Part shown: piece after piece, positions 1-14,812 of the stretch
Layout: each line of letters starts with the position of its first letter
Position numbering within the stretch: the first letter of the stretch is position 1
DNA from: Eledone cirrhosa
Taxonomy: Eukaryota
Direction: 5' to 3'
Length of the DNA stretch: 64,000 bases
Assembly: GCA_964016885.1 (NCBI GenBank)
Contig: OZ024746.1
Coordinates: forward strand, 37,262,001-37,326,000
Program-made: the position numbers and the translations under genes
The notes under the pieces: model-generated
Seen by the model: the letters and a program-made list of their open reading frames with translations, nothing else
The model's database searches: none
Told to the model about the DNA's origin: nothing

Positions 1-163
1 AAATTCTGTGGATGAATTTATATCCTGATTCTCTTTTGAGATGAGTTTGAGTTATTTTTCCTAAATCTTTTGTTAACTACTTTTCCCATCTTGACGTTAT
101 AGTCGCATATATGTTATAAAATGCCGTTAGCTTCTTGCTAACACAATCTCTATACCTCTCATT

Positions 164-239
<76 letters not shown>

Positions 240-1869
240 GCCAACTGAAACAATAAATGTATATCCCCATCATCTCAAAAATCACATCAAACGTTACTTT
301 TTTGTTGGATAGCCGATCTGAAGAGCAGAACATTAACTGAATGGGGTATTGTACCCTCAGTCGTGTAACGTCAGGATAATCGATATAAACATCACCCTCA
401 TGAATATTCTTGCTCGGGATAGACTTTAGACTCATAGAATTATAATTTTGAAAATATACAGCAAAAACATTTTTTCAGAAAAAGTAAGAAGGTATGAAAT
501 TAATTCCATATTTCAGTAATTTAGAGTTTCGGGCTTTCTTGTAAATAATTATTTTAATTATCCTAACACGAAACTCATATTCTCCACTCACACTCAATAA
601 ATCCCATATGAAAATATTCACTCGAGCGCATTCAACCTCGCCACTAATAACTAAGGGTAAGATGCAACACTTCTTTATTCATATAGATTGCGGTTGAGTT
701 AAATGTGTTGCAGTATTGTATTCTTGGCTTCTTTCAACAAGCAATAAAGTCACAAAACTTTATCGCAAATCTACACTATTTTGTATATTATGACGGAGTA
801 GGCTTATATTGATTTAGGTAATATATAATACATAGAGTATACCACAATAATATAAAATTTAATCATGTGCGTATATATATCCGATATATATATATATATA
901 TATATGTGTTTGTGTGTGTGTGTGTGTCGGTGTGTGTTTGTATGTATGTGTGTGTGTACGTGTGTGTGTGTGTTTATAAGTTGACTGATTTATGCATTAC
1001 CAACGGTTTGATAGACAGTGAAAGTGAACTACCCCGAGGGGCATACAAGTTTAAATGGTGAATGGGAAAGATAGGGAGGTGTAGATAGTATATAACATGA
1101 ACAGCTACAAGGAAATGAACGACAACAGATGAAAATAGTTTCAGTGAGTTATTCAGCGGAGTAGAATTGGAAGAAAATGAAAAATAGAGAAAAAGATAAA
1201 GCGATGGTTAGTAAGAATGAGAGAAACGAGAGAAAGGAAGAGAAATAAAATTATGACTGTAGGAAAGATGGCATGGAGGACGTTGAAGCGGCTTACATTT
1301 GGGTGGACGAGAGAGAAAAGGGGAAGATGGTTGCAGAAATTTGTGAAGGGAGATTAGGCAGAAGTTAAATTTTATTCGATAAAGGAGGCTAAGAAAAAGG
1401 ACATAATCAGGCAGTCGTAGGATTTTAACCCCCGTGGAAATGAGCAACGAGCAATAAATATGTATTAAGGGTTTGATATGCAATTTGAAATATTCGATAT
1501 CATTTAGTGGTCATCATGAAAATCCATTTTATGTCATTAGATTAACGGCTATTCTTGTAGCAGATGCTAACTAGAGATATCCATATTTGAATTATATCAG
1601 TAATGTCTTAGAAATCTTTAGTTTTATTGCTAAATGACAAAATAAATAATGACAGAACTATGTCTATGATTTTATGAGGAATTTCTGAATTTGTGAAACC
1701 ATAATGGTATACTCGAATCGCCAGAAGTCTTTTATCTATTTAATAGATATACATTTTTAATAATTTCTGCATTGTGTTTCCAAAACGTTACGAATACTTG
1801 CATTCACGCACACGTCCACCACATCATAAACACATACCCCCATATATATATATATATACACACAGACAC

Positions 1870-1922
<53 letters not shown>

Positions 1923-2093
1923 GTAGAAATACCGTCTACAGGACTAGAACTGTTTCATTCGGGAGAAAGTATCAGGAAGCCGAATGGAACAGTTCTAGTC
2001 TTTTAGAAGCCATTACTATATTAAATATGTATACTCTCCTATGGGTTGGGTACCTCAATTATTGTGGCTACCCCCCATTGAGCCAGTTATAAA

Positions 2094-2129
<36 letters not shown>

Positions 2130-2780
2130 TTTGAATATGTGTAATAAGGCCAAGACAATGCAGGTATGGACATAGAAAAAAGAATGCAATAGTGAAAGAT
2201 ATTGATGTGAATTCGTCTTTCACCTTGAATGTATTTAAATGTCCTTAATTTTCGAGATAATATCTCTTCTTCGGAGGGAAGTAAAGGTCTCAAACCAGCG
2301 TCCTTAAATCTCTAATCAAGCCATGCTGACCGGAAATAGTATAGAGTATCTGTTCTAACTCTAATATCAAATAATTAAAATTAGGTGGATACAGAGTAGT
2401 CTCCCTTTAAGAGGGGTTTGTTAATTTGTGTTTTTTTTTTTTGTTTTTTTATTTTATATGCGTGCCTGTATATGTGTGTAGAAGAATCCATGAAGGTGTA
2501 GGTATGTGGGTGTGTGTGTGTGAGTGTGGGTAGATAGGTCTAATCGTAAAAGTGGGGGGTAGGTGTTATCTGGTGTTAGAACTGGTTTTTGTGTGTGTAT
2601 GTGTGAGAGAGAATAAGTGGAGGTGTGCGCGTGCGTGTGTGTGGGGTGTGTAAAATGGGGCTAGAGGCCCTCCATACCTGCATTGTCTTGGCCTTATTAC
2701 ACATATTCAAACGTTTATACCTCATTACACAATGCTTCAAGTGAACTATAACCTCATATATATATATGTTATATATATAT

Positions 2781-2908
2781 GTTAACATATGTTGATGCCC
2801 TAAGGACAGACACTGGTCTGTTGGAGATGCAGGATATGGCAGCGATAATGAGGGACAGAGACCGCTGGAGAGAACTCGTCCATGGATCTCGAGAATTTTA
2901 CCCGCCTT

Positions 2909-2912
<4 letters not shown>
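2781..2912 (+). mobile_element. 3' end fragment of the same RTE-like family
   Basis: Near-identical to the reverse complement of 59883-60018 (...GAGAACTCGTCCATGGATCTC...TTTTACCCGCCTTAGAT), ending in (TA)n. Confidence 0.9.
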
Positions 2913-2984
<72 letters not shown>

Positions 2985-3016
2985 TTATTTATTTATTTAT
3001 GAAAATAACGGATTAA

Positions 3017-3067
3017 AGTTTAAGCAAAGAATCGCTGCTTTCACCCTTAACGGGATCTTCTGAAACT
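3017..3067 (-). ncRNA. Hammerhead-like motif with variant core CAGAAGA
   Basis: AGTTT-CAGAAGA-TCCC(GTTAA)GGGT-GAAA-GCA(GCGATTCTT)TGC-TT-AAACT. Family copies at 8012-8062 (+), 18080-18130 (-) and 23991-24082 (both strands). Confidence 0.7.
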
Positions 3068-3159
3068 AACCATTTGCTCTACGTTTCTTATATATTTGAT
3101 ATATATTTATCCTTATCGAGCCCTCTTTGCATTTTAGTCTTCAAATTTATTATTATTAC

Positions 3160-3197
<38 letters not shown>

Positions 3198-3720
3198 AGC
3201 GTGTGTGTGTGTGTGAGAGAGAGCGTGTGTGTGTGTGTGTGTGTTCAGTAACAGTTGTTTCGTAGTTAAGCAAGAGTAATCAGGAGAAAACTTCCTACAT
3301 TCGTGGTGTGCAGTTAAACAGTTAAGATGGCACTTATGGTTAGTTGATAAAGGCAGACTCGCTAATCTACACATAAATCATGCCCCGTACTCCAGGTTGT
3401 GAACAAAACAGCTGGAAGGACACTTTTAGGAAATCATATTACTGTGCGGCACGTAAGATGAAAGGGATGATTTTTTCCCCACATGCACCATATCACATAA
3501 ACGGTTATTACATATGAAAATATCGTTCAAATACCAACAACAAATGCTTAAATTGCACCTGGGATTGCATAGGGGAACCATTGATATAAATATACTCAAT
3601 AAACGATATATGTAATATCAGCATCTTATATATATATATATATAAAATCTGTATTGGATTTTTGTCTTCACATATATTATTGCTATATATATTTATACAT
3701 GTGTGTGTTTGTGTGTGTGG

Positions 3721-3761
<41 letters not shown>

Positions 3762-3765
<4 letters not shown>

Positions 3766-4137
3766 ACGGTGATGAATTTGATTTCCGAGGTTGTTGATAT
3801 GAAATCGTGTGTCGAAACAAACATTGTTATATTTGGGGACGGTCATATTGTAATATTATTGCCAGAAATAATAACAGGACACACTCACTGTTTGGTTGGC
3901 TTGCGCTTCTGTATAAGTTCTTTCGTTGCACATCTGCAATATCAACAGTGGTACTATTATCATGTTCCCTGCTATTGTAAACACAACACAAGAGGACGGA
4001 ATATGATACTACTACCGATGATGTTGCAGATGTGCAACGAAAGAACATATACAGAAGCGAAAACCAAGCAAACAGTGTGTGTGTTCTGTTATTATTTCTG
4101 GCAATAATATGACAACAATATGACCCTCCCCAAATAT

Positions 4138-4144
<7 letters not shown>
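3762..4144. repeat. Fold-back element (~165-bp arms); family also at 9431-10388 and 44605-45150
   Basis: About 3822-3975 mirrors about 3990-4144. Shared TATTGTTATA.TTGGGGAGGGTCATATTG block. Confidence 0.8.
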
Positions 4145-4171
<27 letters not shown>

Positions 4172-4176
<5 letters not shown>

Positions 4177-4572
4177 ATAAAATACTTGAGTGCATTAGAG
4201 TCAAACACACTCGTCGTATTAGAGAAATGACAGTATAAGAGATAGCTCAATGTTATCAAACAGAGCCGAAAAGTTATATAAATTAACAAAGAAGCCTTTA
4301 ATACATTGAACATCTTTATTTGCTGACAATGTTTTGTCCCAGTAATTAGGACTCATCAGAGCAAGGAAAAGACAAAAAATATCATCGGCTAGAACAAGCC
4401 AAAATTCAGAAGAATATTTTCCCAAATATCCTTCTCTATTCTTCTGAATTTTGGCTTGTTCTTACCGATGATATTTTTTGTCTTTTCCTTGCTCTGATGA
4501 GTCCTAATTACTGGGACGAAACATTGTCAGCAGATAAAGATGTTTAATGTATTAAAGGCTTCTTTGTTAATT

Positions 4573-4578
<6 letters not shown>
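4172..4578. repeat. Fold-back HHR element (~145-bp arms plus ~100-nt tail)
   Basis: 4272-4416 mirrors 4437-4578, flanked by (TA)n. Confidence 0.9.
4490..4532 (+). ncRNA. Type I minimal hammerhead ribozyme, intact core
   Basis: TGCT-CTGATGA-GTCC(TAATTACTG)GGAC-GAAA-C(ATT)G-TC-AGCA. The mirror copy at 4321-4363 (-) has GAAA changed to AAAA. Confidence 0.9.
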
Positions 4579-4627
<49 letters not shown>

Positions 4628-4894
4628 GGTAACAAATCAGATGACATATTACAATTAAGAAATATTTTAATTAAACGATTTATATAATAGGAAGAGAGAC
4701 ATATCATTTCGAACACAATACTTTATCAGGAGATGGAATAAAAATCAAAAGATAACACAGACAGAATCTAAGTGAACAAGATCGAGCAAAATAGAATTAT
4801 TTTGAGAAAAATACGTGTGTATTTACACACCTATTTTCGACGAAAATATATATACCCATCGACGTGCATGAAAAACAGCTTAAAGAAACACACG

Positions 4895-4960
<66 letters not shown>

Positions 4961-4965
<5 letters not shown>

Positions 4966-5153
4966 AAAAAGTATGACCCCGACGGCAGAGCTCAAGCCGT
5001 TTCGACGGCTATTTCTGGACAGAAATACCCGTCAAACGGCTTGAGCTCTGCCGTCGGGATCATACTTTTTCCTATTTCCCACTCTACTACCCTAAGTATT
5101 GAGTACTCAGGTGCGTTATGGTCCATCATGTTCTTTACCACAATTATTTTGTT
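4961..5153 (+). repeat. Short fold-back element carrying an HHR 3' half; family of four
   Basis: Palindrome ATAGGAAAAAGTATGACCCCGACGGCAGAG...CTCTGCCGTCGGGATCATACTTTTTCCTAT plus tail. Copies at 37862-38064, 52295-52487 (-) and a partial at 29040-29112. Confidence 0.9.
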
Positions 5154-7263
5154 ATATATATATATATATATATAGACATGCATTCAAATGAAAGTCTATA
5201 TACGTTATCGTTCTATTGTGTAAGGAATGGTTTGGGTTGTCGTTGTTGGTTTAGCGTAACTCTTTTTCTTTTAACATACTCCTGCAATATATGCATATCA
5301 CAACGAGAAAAGTAATGTTATTCTAGCGAAGCATCGTATGCCGTTACATTCACGGACACATATATGTCCCTCCAATAAAACCCAAAATTCTCTCTTTGTA
5401 CATGTGATTCATAAACGTATATATTTTGTATTACAATACACTAGAAGCATGTTGTTTTGTTCTAGAGTTTAATAATTTTATGTTATTTGTTATCACTTTA
5501 ACAGAGTCCGTAACGCACATCAATTTTCCGGTTTTAAAAGACACGTTCTTAATTCGATTCCCACTGAGGTTAGCTTTGCCTTTCGCCCATACGGGTTCGA
5601 TAAAATAAAGTACCAGTAATGTTCTCTGGTTGTTTTAATAGATTTTCCCTCACTCCGAAACTGTTGGCCTCGTGTTTAAATCAGAAAAAAAGAATATTAC
5701 TTCCCAGGGGGCACTCTGTATCACTTTCGGCACTTGCTATTTCAATGGTCTGTATCGCAACTGTCTTGATAACATGTAATCAACTCTCACAGTATGTCGC
5801 ACTAACGTTCATTCCAGGGAAGTGATTTATTCTTGAATTAATTGATTTGAAACAAATCCCCAATTGGGTGATATTATGTGGTGCAAAACATCGTTGATGA
5901 TGTATATTAAAACATCTACAGTAGCCGACCTTCTTCCCAGTTGACGTATTCATGTCTTAAATGAAGGCAGCGATGTGTCGTCAAACAACGTGTGCTTGTT
6001 TTAATGTCATATAACTACCAGCTGTCCCAGATTATGTTGTAAGATGTCCTCTTTCGAGTATCAGCTCTTATCTTTTCACAACCTTCTCGATATATCTTGT
6101 TGCCAAAAGGATAACATATATAAACTAGATTTACTAGATAGTCATTGGATTTGGACGACAGAAGAAAATACAATTTTACATCGAAAATATAATTTTCTTC
6201 TTCTCTAACCTGTTTATTTAGAAATGACGTGGTAGCTGCGTACTACGTAGTGCATGTAAGCGTACTATGTACACATATTTCCCTTTCGGATTCATTTATA
6301 TAATAACTTAATCATATGCATAGATTCAGTGGGCGTACACATAGAGGCAAACGGTTTTCAGTGGACATACAACTATATGCACATACGTCGATTTATTAGC
6401 TGAACAACGCCCTCAAAACGCTGCCTTAAATTATGGTCCAGAAATATCTCGACTGAGAGCACTTTCATAGAAATATTGACTTTATCATGGAAATAGAACT
6501 GATAATAGAAAACGTATTTGCTATTAAATGTATATACGTCCTCGTCATGTATTTATTGTAACAAAAACAAAATACTTCTATTTATTATGTAATTAGATTT
6601 ATAGGATATATACATATATATACATGTTTATATCATTTACATCACCAACAAGTATGAATGGATTCAGGTTTTCGGTTAGCGATCATTATTTGCTGCTCTC
6701 TTAAAATATGTAGAATATAAATACGATTTTAATGAGACATCCATGTGAGAACAGCAGGTCACATACACTAGGATATGGCAGATGATTAGCTGTGAAATTT
6801 ATGTTAGCATAGGACTCTATATTTGATACTCAAAATTATAAATCACACACTATATATTTTAGAATTACGTATTAGTCAATGTAATCATATGTATCTATAT
6901 TAATAAAGCTGACGGTTGTATGTATGTATCTATGTATGTAACACACTGTTGGCCAAACGGCGCCAAATTTTCACCATAGATGTAACCTTTTCCAATGAAG
7001 AAAGTTAGTGTGTATTTGTCGACTCGATTTAGGAAAATAACCACGGTAATAAAGTATATTCGAAAATGGGAAGCAATTAGAGTAGCGGAGTTGCCTCCAT
7101 GCATTATGCCAGTGCAACTGTTTCAACATACAGGCACACTCACACAGCAGCAGAATCGAAACAGGTTTGTAATTCTTACATTTCCATGTACATATATATA
7201 TATATATATATATATGTTATCTCTTATCGTCTGTTTATCCAAGCAAAGTTAGGTACGTCAGCT

Positions 7264-7317
<54 letters not shown>

Positions 7318-7402
7318 TTATATATATATATATTTATATATATTTATATATATATATATTTATATATATATATATTTATATATATATATATTTATATATA
7401 TT

Positions 7403-7461
<59 letters not shown>

Positions 7462-9430
7462 GTCAACTGGCTCATCCGGCTGGCGCCTGGCTAGGTTTGC
7501 CGGCATTTTATCTTTTCAGAAAAAAACCCTCCGCTCCAGTGCAAAGATACCGTACCCCTCTCAATTCACATTGTCTTTCCGAGTACGTATCAAGGGGGAA
7601 GATCTTTCAAATTTAATTTCCCTAGTTTCCTACAGAAATGTGCCTATTCACACAGGTAAAGTGTGGAGAAAATATCACCGTTATCGCCGAAACAGCAATG
7701 TCAGAGTAACGTCTTTCAGAAATTATAGCGTGCAATTTGTTGATGTGTGTCGAGTTTTCATTCATTTAATATATCCTTCTGCAGGGGTATCTTACCGGCG
7801 TTTCTCATCTATTAGTAACGGTGATCGTCTAATATGGTTAATTGTGAGTTGCATAAGGCAAATGACAAGATTAAAAATTTAAAGTAAAAAAACACACTTG
7901 TATAGTGACATTTTTTGTTTGCATGATTGTTTTTTAGTGTAGATTTATATACGATTGTATATATAACATGTGCGAATAATAGATATTTGCTCTATAGGTT
8001 TATATATCCTGAAACTCAGAAGATCCCATTAAGGGTGAAAGCAACGATTCTTTGCTTAAACTTTAATCTGCTGTTTTAATAAATATATATATATATGTAT
8101 GTGTGTGTGTGTGTATGTGTGTGTGTGTGTGTGTGTGCGCGCGCGCGCGCGCGTGGGTGGGTGTTTGTGTGTGTGTGTGTGTGTGTGTGTGCGCGTGTGT
8201 GTATATACAAGCGCGGCACACATGAGGTACGGAAAAGTAATCGTTATTTAGAATTGTTATCGTTAAACGTGCATTATACATTCATAATACAATCTTCATT
8301 CCATTCTTAAGCGCAAAAACGTCTCCCTATTTATTTACAATGAAGAAGGAAAATGTTTTTCTCTTTACAACCTACTGGTGAGTGCAATACATAATTCCAA
8401 CTATTTCATAATCAAAGCACCATGCAAACACCATCACTCACACACACACACACAACGCATATATATATATATGTTTATATATACATATACACATACTTAT
8501 ATATACACATACACATATATATGTATATATATATATATATAAATGTGTGTGTGTGTATGTGCGTGTGTGTGTGGGGGGGGGGGTATGCATTTAATTGGTA
8601 TTCCTTATTCCCGATTATAATAAATTAATCGATAATCCGAAACGATATATACATAATAAATATAAATGCACAACTTCTTTGAACAGTCACTGAAAATTTG
8701 CTGACATTTTGTTTTCGGTTCGTAATTATGACGTTGGAAATAATTACACACCGGTATATCTAGTCAGCTTAACTAATGAATAAACCATCTAGAAGGTATA
8801 AATATATTTGTCATATTAATCTGCTCTTCAATACTAGTACTTCGTCTTTCTTTTGAACGATTGTTATTACTTCTCTATAACATTTTATCAGTTTTGATAA
8901 CTTTTTTTCGATATAAATATGTGCTCTTTTAAGTAGTTTTATTTCATATCTTACCATTTCATCGAGAGACATATATAGACAATAGATATCAATAATAGTT
9001 GTTTGATATACATTCTCTGCAATGTGCTAGTATGCATGATTTTTGTGTGTAAGCATTTATATAATGGGTTCTAACCATAATATTTGGAATACAACAAATT
9101 CATCTCCTTATTCAGTCCTTTTCCCATGCATTTTCTTCCATAAACGATTAAACGGACACGTTCTCACTGCGTGCAAGTGAAATATACAATTATTCGTGAA
9201 TATCTCCTATTGAATATATACTTTTATATCATAAGACGATTGATATACGTCTATTATATCGTACACGATATGTATTCCTTGTTTTACAGTCACTAAGCAT
9301 TCTACTTAAAATTCAAATGACAAAAATGTATAATGGTATTCTGCAGAATATTAAAGAATTGAAGGATATATTTATAAATGATAAAAATTGATTGCCAGAT
9401 CAATTAACTATGAAGATAAGGATATCATTA

Positions 9431-10271
9431 TATTGTTATACTTTGGGAGGGTCATGTTGCCAATAAGAAACACACGCACCAGTTGCTTTCACTTCAATTT
9501 ATTATATATTTATAAATTTATAAATTTACAAATCTACAAACTTATAAATTTCTGGTTGGTTGGTTGGTTCCACAACCAGATAGTTGTTTATATATAGACA
9601 TAGTCCTTTCGTCACACACTATGTGACCTCTTCAGTGACTGGGGATTCCTTTCTTTGTTTCTGTGCCTTTCCTTTCTTCTGTCCTACGCCATTTTGTTTC
9701 TGTGTGTGTGTTGTGTGCCCAGTTTGCGCATGCGCCACATCCGGGTGTCTGTGTGTGTTTGTGTTCATTTATCTATTTGTTTATTTATTTACATGTTGTT
9801 GGTTGGTTGTTTGTTCTATGTGTGTGTGTGTTTTCATTTTGTCCTTAATTGTAAAAGGACAAAATGAAAACACACACACACATAGAACAAACAACCAACC
9901 AACAACATGTAAATAAATAAACAAATAGATAAATGAACACAAACACACACAGACACCCGGATGTGGCGCATGCGCAAACTGAGCACACAACACACACACA
10001 GAAACAAAATGGCGTAGGACAGAAGAAAGGAAAGGCACAGAAACAAAGAAAGGAATCCCCAGTCACTGAAGAGGTCACATAGTGTGTGACGAAAGGACTA
10101 TGACTACATATAAACAACTATCTGGTTGTGGAACCAACCAACCAACCAGAAATGTATAAGTTTGTAGATTTGTAAATTTATAAATTTATAAATATATAAT
10201 AAATTGAAGTGAAAGCATCTGGTGCGTGTGTTTCTTATTGGCAACATGACCCTCCAAAAGTATAACAATAT
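9431..10271. repeat. Long near-perfect palindrome (~415-bp arms)
   Basis: Centre at about 9846-9855 (GTCCTT-AATTGTAA-AAGGAC). The arms differ at only a few positions, and mirrored ORFs appear in the ORF track. Confidence 0.95.
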
Positions 10272-10728
10272 CGGTTTCAACACACGATTTCAGATAAAGA
10301 ATCTTGCTAAACAAATTCAGAAACGAGATATAATTATAATTTCTGGCAATATTATAACAATATGACCTTCCCCAAATATAACAATATATATATATATATA
10401 TACGTATATGTATAAATCCTCTAATCTTTTGCAGAATAATTTTATAAGCTTTTGCAACCTTAGATTTCACTGAAATTTATATGGCGACATATATTAGAAT
10501 CTAATTGTCCACGAATATACCTCTCCTAATATTTACGAACATGGCTGATATTTCTATCGGCGAACTGCATTTGCGGAAATTGTGTTTCGTTTATATATAT
10601 ATATGCATATATATACATATATATATATACATACATATATATATATATACTACCAAATCAACTTTTTAAATGGCAGTTGCATTATTCTAAGGTATGTCAA
10701 AATTATTTATAAAACAGCCTATATATTG

Positions 10729-10794
10729 TATTTTGTCTGAGGAAGGCATACCATATTTTTAATATGATATCCCAGAAATATATATAACGAAATA
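10729..10794 (+). ncRNA. Type I minimal hammerhead ribozyme
   Basis: TATTTTGT-CTGAGGA-long imperfect stem II-GAAA-T(ATAT)A-TA-ACGAAATA, with a palindromic stem III loop. Confidence 0.7.
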
Positions 10795-10921
10795 AATATG
10801 GTTTTATAAATATAATTTCATTTGTTTAATATCGTAAACCTACTCCAAAAACTGTTGAGTGCTTTTATATCAGTTATAAAATATTTACTCGTTGTAACCC
10901 AACAATTTTAAATAAAACTTT

Positions 10922-10963
<42 letters not shown>

Positions 10964-12873
10964 AGCCTATTTTTTAGAAACACAATTATCCAGATGAGTG
11001 GGGATACGATTTACTGCCTAACAATTATATGTGTTTCATCGTATTACATATAAATCTATGAATTCTAATATTTGATTATTGTAATCAAATTAATTTGCAT
11101 CAAACTACTTAAATGACAATAATATGCTGTTGCATATTTATATTTATATGAGTTTGTGTGTGTGTGTGTACACGTATATTGTTTGGTGTAACGTAATTTA
11201 AGATAGAGTTTAGAGATATGTGCACCTACAGGTGTCTATTTATTAATGTCATTTAGCAAAATACTACAACTTATTATTATTTGACAGCGTTAACTTTACA
11301 TTTTCAGCACGCCCTAGCATATATTCAGCAAAACATACAAAGATAAGGAAAACGATAAACATTTAGATTACAATTAAAATGTCATCATGGCATTTTAAAA
11401 GCTTCACCATGATTGGTATTACGTATTGCTGCGGAATGTTATATTTCCAGATGAAAATTGCCCATGCATAACACAATATACATATTAATCATAAATATTA
11501 AAGTATATATACACTGTCGGTTGAATATTTTAGCGAATATTGATAAAAATTAATAACTAATCCGTAGTAATTAATTAGGCATTTTAATTTCGAAGAATTA
11601 TATTTAAAATCAATTTAGATTTGTATATCTGTGTGAAAGTTCATTAATCAGCAGTTTCATTAATTAAGATAATTAAATTACAGCTATATAAATCTATAAA
11701 GTTATTATTGTTCACGATTATGTTTTAATACTACTGAATTGATAATATCAATAATTGCGTAAATGCATAAATGTTTACGATTTTTTTTACGAGAGTTCAA
11801 TTATTTCAGGGCAGCATGTATATATGTTTCTGGCATTTATTGAATTGACCATCACTAATCGGAGTTTCGAATTTGAAATGTCGAAGATAGCCTCAAGTGA
11901 CTGCAACTTTCCCCAATCATGATATTCGGACAGTGAATATCTATTTGTGTTCATAGACTTCAAGCACATTTTCCTTGCTTTATATTGATATGCCTAAATA
12001 CACTCACATGAAGTCGCTGAACACTTTGACCTATGCACTGGAACAATCACCGAGTTATACGACCGTTATTTTGACGCCTGTATGGCCGACATGTTACTCG
12101 CCCATTTAAGAATGAAAGGCAGAGCTAAATTCGGTGGGATTTGAACTCAAAACGTAGAGAAGCCTAACTCTAAGCTGTAAACCATATTGTCTGAAGCTCT
12201 ACCGATACCAATAAAATACACCGCAACAGAAGCTGCAATAATCACATAGCTATTTAATTTAATTGATATTGTTTTGCTATATAATACTGTTGCTGATCCA
12301 GATGCCCAAATTAAAAGTCTCTGCCACCTGTTCTTGAAAATAGTACAAATTACCCCTCATCTAAATATTACGATGAGGTGGTCCTTTAAGCACTGAGAAA
12401 TAGGTATGACGCATCTAAACACAAGCCATGCTAACTCTACTATACCTCAACTATGCAGGTCACAAATCTGTAAACCATCGATATAAAACACGAAAACAGC
12501 ATACAGTTGGCAATAAGAAATTTCCAAAGACAAAACGATGCCTCTGCAATTGTCAAAGAAGGCATTTATCAAAGGTAGCATCTTAAGTACGTAATAGTGA
12601 TAGATTAATATCTTGTGTCTGAAATGTGAAAAATGAAACAGCCTCCTCCATACATTTATGGCTGTTGCAGGAAGGTTCGCTTGACCTATTCTATGTTGGT
12701 TGTTCAATGATCAACTGCAATGCATCTAACCTAAAGTGAAGAAGTTAATGCGAAATATACATTACCGAAACGTACCATAGATTAAATAATAATCAAATAT
12801 TTTTTTATAGAAAATAGTGATTTGTTTGCAGGGTATAACAATGGGACTGGAACGGTTGAACTTATTATTATGA

Positions 12874-12962
12874 TAATAATTGTTTCTACTTTAGACACAA
12901 GGCCAGCAATTACCCAGTGCATTACTGGTACTTTATTTTATCGACCACGTAAGGATGAAAGG
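12874..12962 (-). mobile_element. SINE 3' half
   Basis: Matches the family tail and body. Similar partial or decayed copies at about 39142-39220 (-), 5545-5620 (+) and 12090-12210 (-). Confidence 0.8.
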
Positions 12963-14569
12963 GATGTAAAATCTTAAAATAGACATTTAACATCATTATT
13001 ATTATGATAATAATGATGTTAAATGTCTATTTTCTGATCTTTATACCTTCTTTCATTTCGCGATGAAATCTTTTCTTCAATATCGAAAATGATATTGTTC
13101 TTGTTCCAACGCCGAGAGTGATGAAAGGATAACGTAATATGTGATATTAGCTATCTACTGATCAAAGCTATTACTGTATCACTTTTTTAAAAATCAAACT
13201 TATAAATCTGTAAGTCACTGGGCGTTGCGGTCTAGACTGTTGATATGATGTTTCAGTTTTGCTATTACTATAGATTTATTTGTTATTCCAAGCTTGCCAT
13301 ATTCCTATATGTTACTTCAATATTAACTGTTTTATATTTAGTTGTTTACTTTCACTTGTCTATGTACTTCCCAGGAGGGCCTGAGTGGGTTGTAGTGTTG
13401 TTAAATACGATGTAAAATGTGCCAAACTTGCTGATTTGGATACTGTATGTCCCTGTCGTGAAAGGGAATGATAGCCAGTACACAATGGATGCTGTCGACT
13501 TTAGGCCGTTTCTTTGAAATTCATTTCAATCGTGAAGTCTATCTTTGGGATTAGGCCTAGGTCTTGTCATTGACGTAAAGCACATTCATTAAACAGGTGA
13601 CGGAATAGGTCTTATGTTCAAGAGAAATAAAGGCAACAACATATAATTTTCCTCAGAATGTACCTGGCAAATAAAAAGAATGGAATAGAATAGAAGATGA
13701 TACGTCGGCAAGACGTTAAAGACGTAAACAAATTACGGATATTTAATTTAAACATAATTTTAAATATCATTTCACTGACATCCATGCAAATTGAAACTAC
13801 AAATAATGGAGATGTAGACACAAAACCATTCTGATTCTCGAAAATATGAGTAATGCTTAGGTACTGTAAATTCATTCATTTGAACAAAGCAATGCATATA
13901 TACACCCACATTCACGCACGGACGCACATACACACACACACACACACTCACGTGTATATATATATATGTATAAATTACTCACACGTAGACAGTATCATGT
14001 ACACGACATACATATGTCCTCTATATACATATAGATATACACATATACACACGCACAGACACACATATATGTGTGCGTATTTTACTTTTACTTTTCTATT
14101 TAACAGGATTTTACAAAATATAATGCAAGATTAAATAAATGGAAGCAAACTAAATTAAACCACAAGAAACTCTGTAAAATGTAACAGAAATACCATTTTA
14201 TTATATAATTTGTTGTTAAGATTACGTTATATTTGTTAAAATTTGATTTTTGTCTATTGAACATTCTTTCTCGAAAAGGTAATAGGATTTCATTGGAATT
14301 GTTTCTTTTTAAAGTTGTGTTATAGTTGTCATCGTGAAATTGTTGTTTGCTAATGGATGTCTACTGAAAGATAACCTTTAGTGATATTTTCGAAAAGAAT
14401 TAGTACGTAATACAGCCAAGCAGTAAAATAAGAACAAATGCAGCAGGCAGCAGGAACAAAGTGAAAGGACAGAAGTGTCATCAGAAGACGCAGCATCAAG
14501 AGGAAAGAATAACGTGCACAAATAAAACAACTATCGAAAACTAACCCTTATCGAATCGTATATCTATAT

Positions 14570-14607
<38 letters not shown>

Positions 14608-14723
14608 ACAGACGTATATATATACACACACATACACATACATACACACACCCACACACACACAAACACATACACACACGCACTCACACACACACACATA
14701 CACACATACACACACACAACACA

Positions 14724-14812
<89 letters not shown>

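Noticed and set aside
322-425. CTGAAGAGCAG...TGCTC as an HHR
   Set aside because: No GAAA or stem III follows the putative stem II.
12976-13033. Perfect ~27-bp-arm hairpin as a terminator or pre-miRNA
   Set aside because: Very AT-rich, adjacent to a truncated SINE and partly copying its flank; more likely an insertion by-product.
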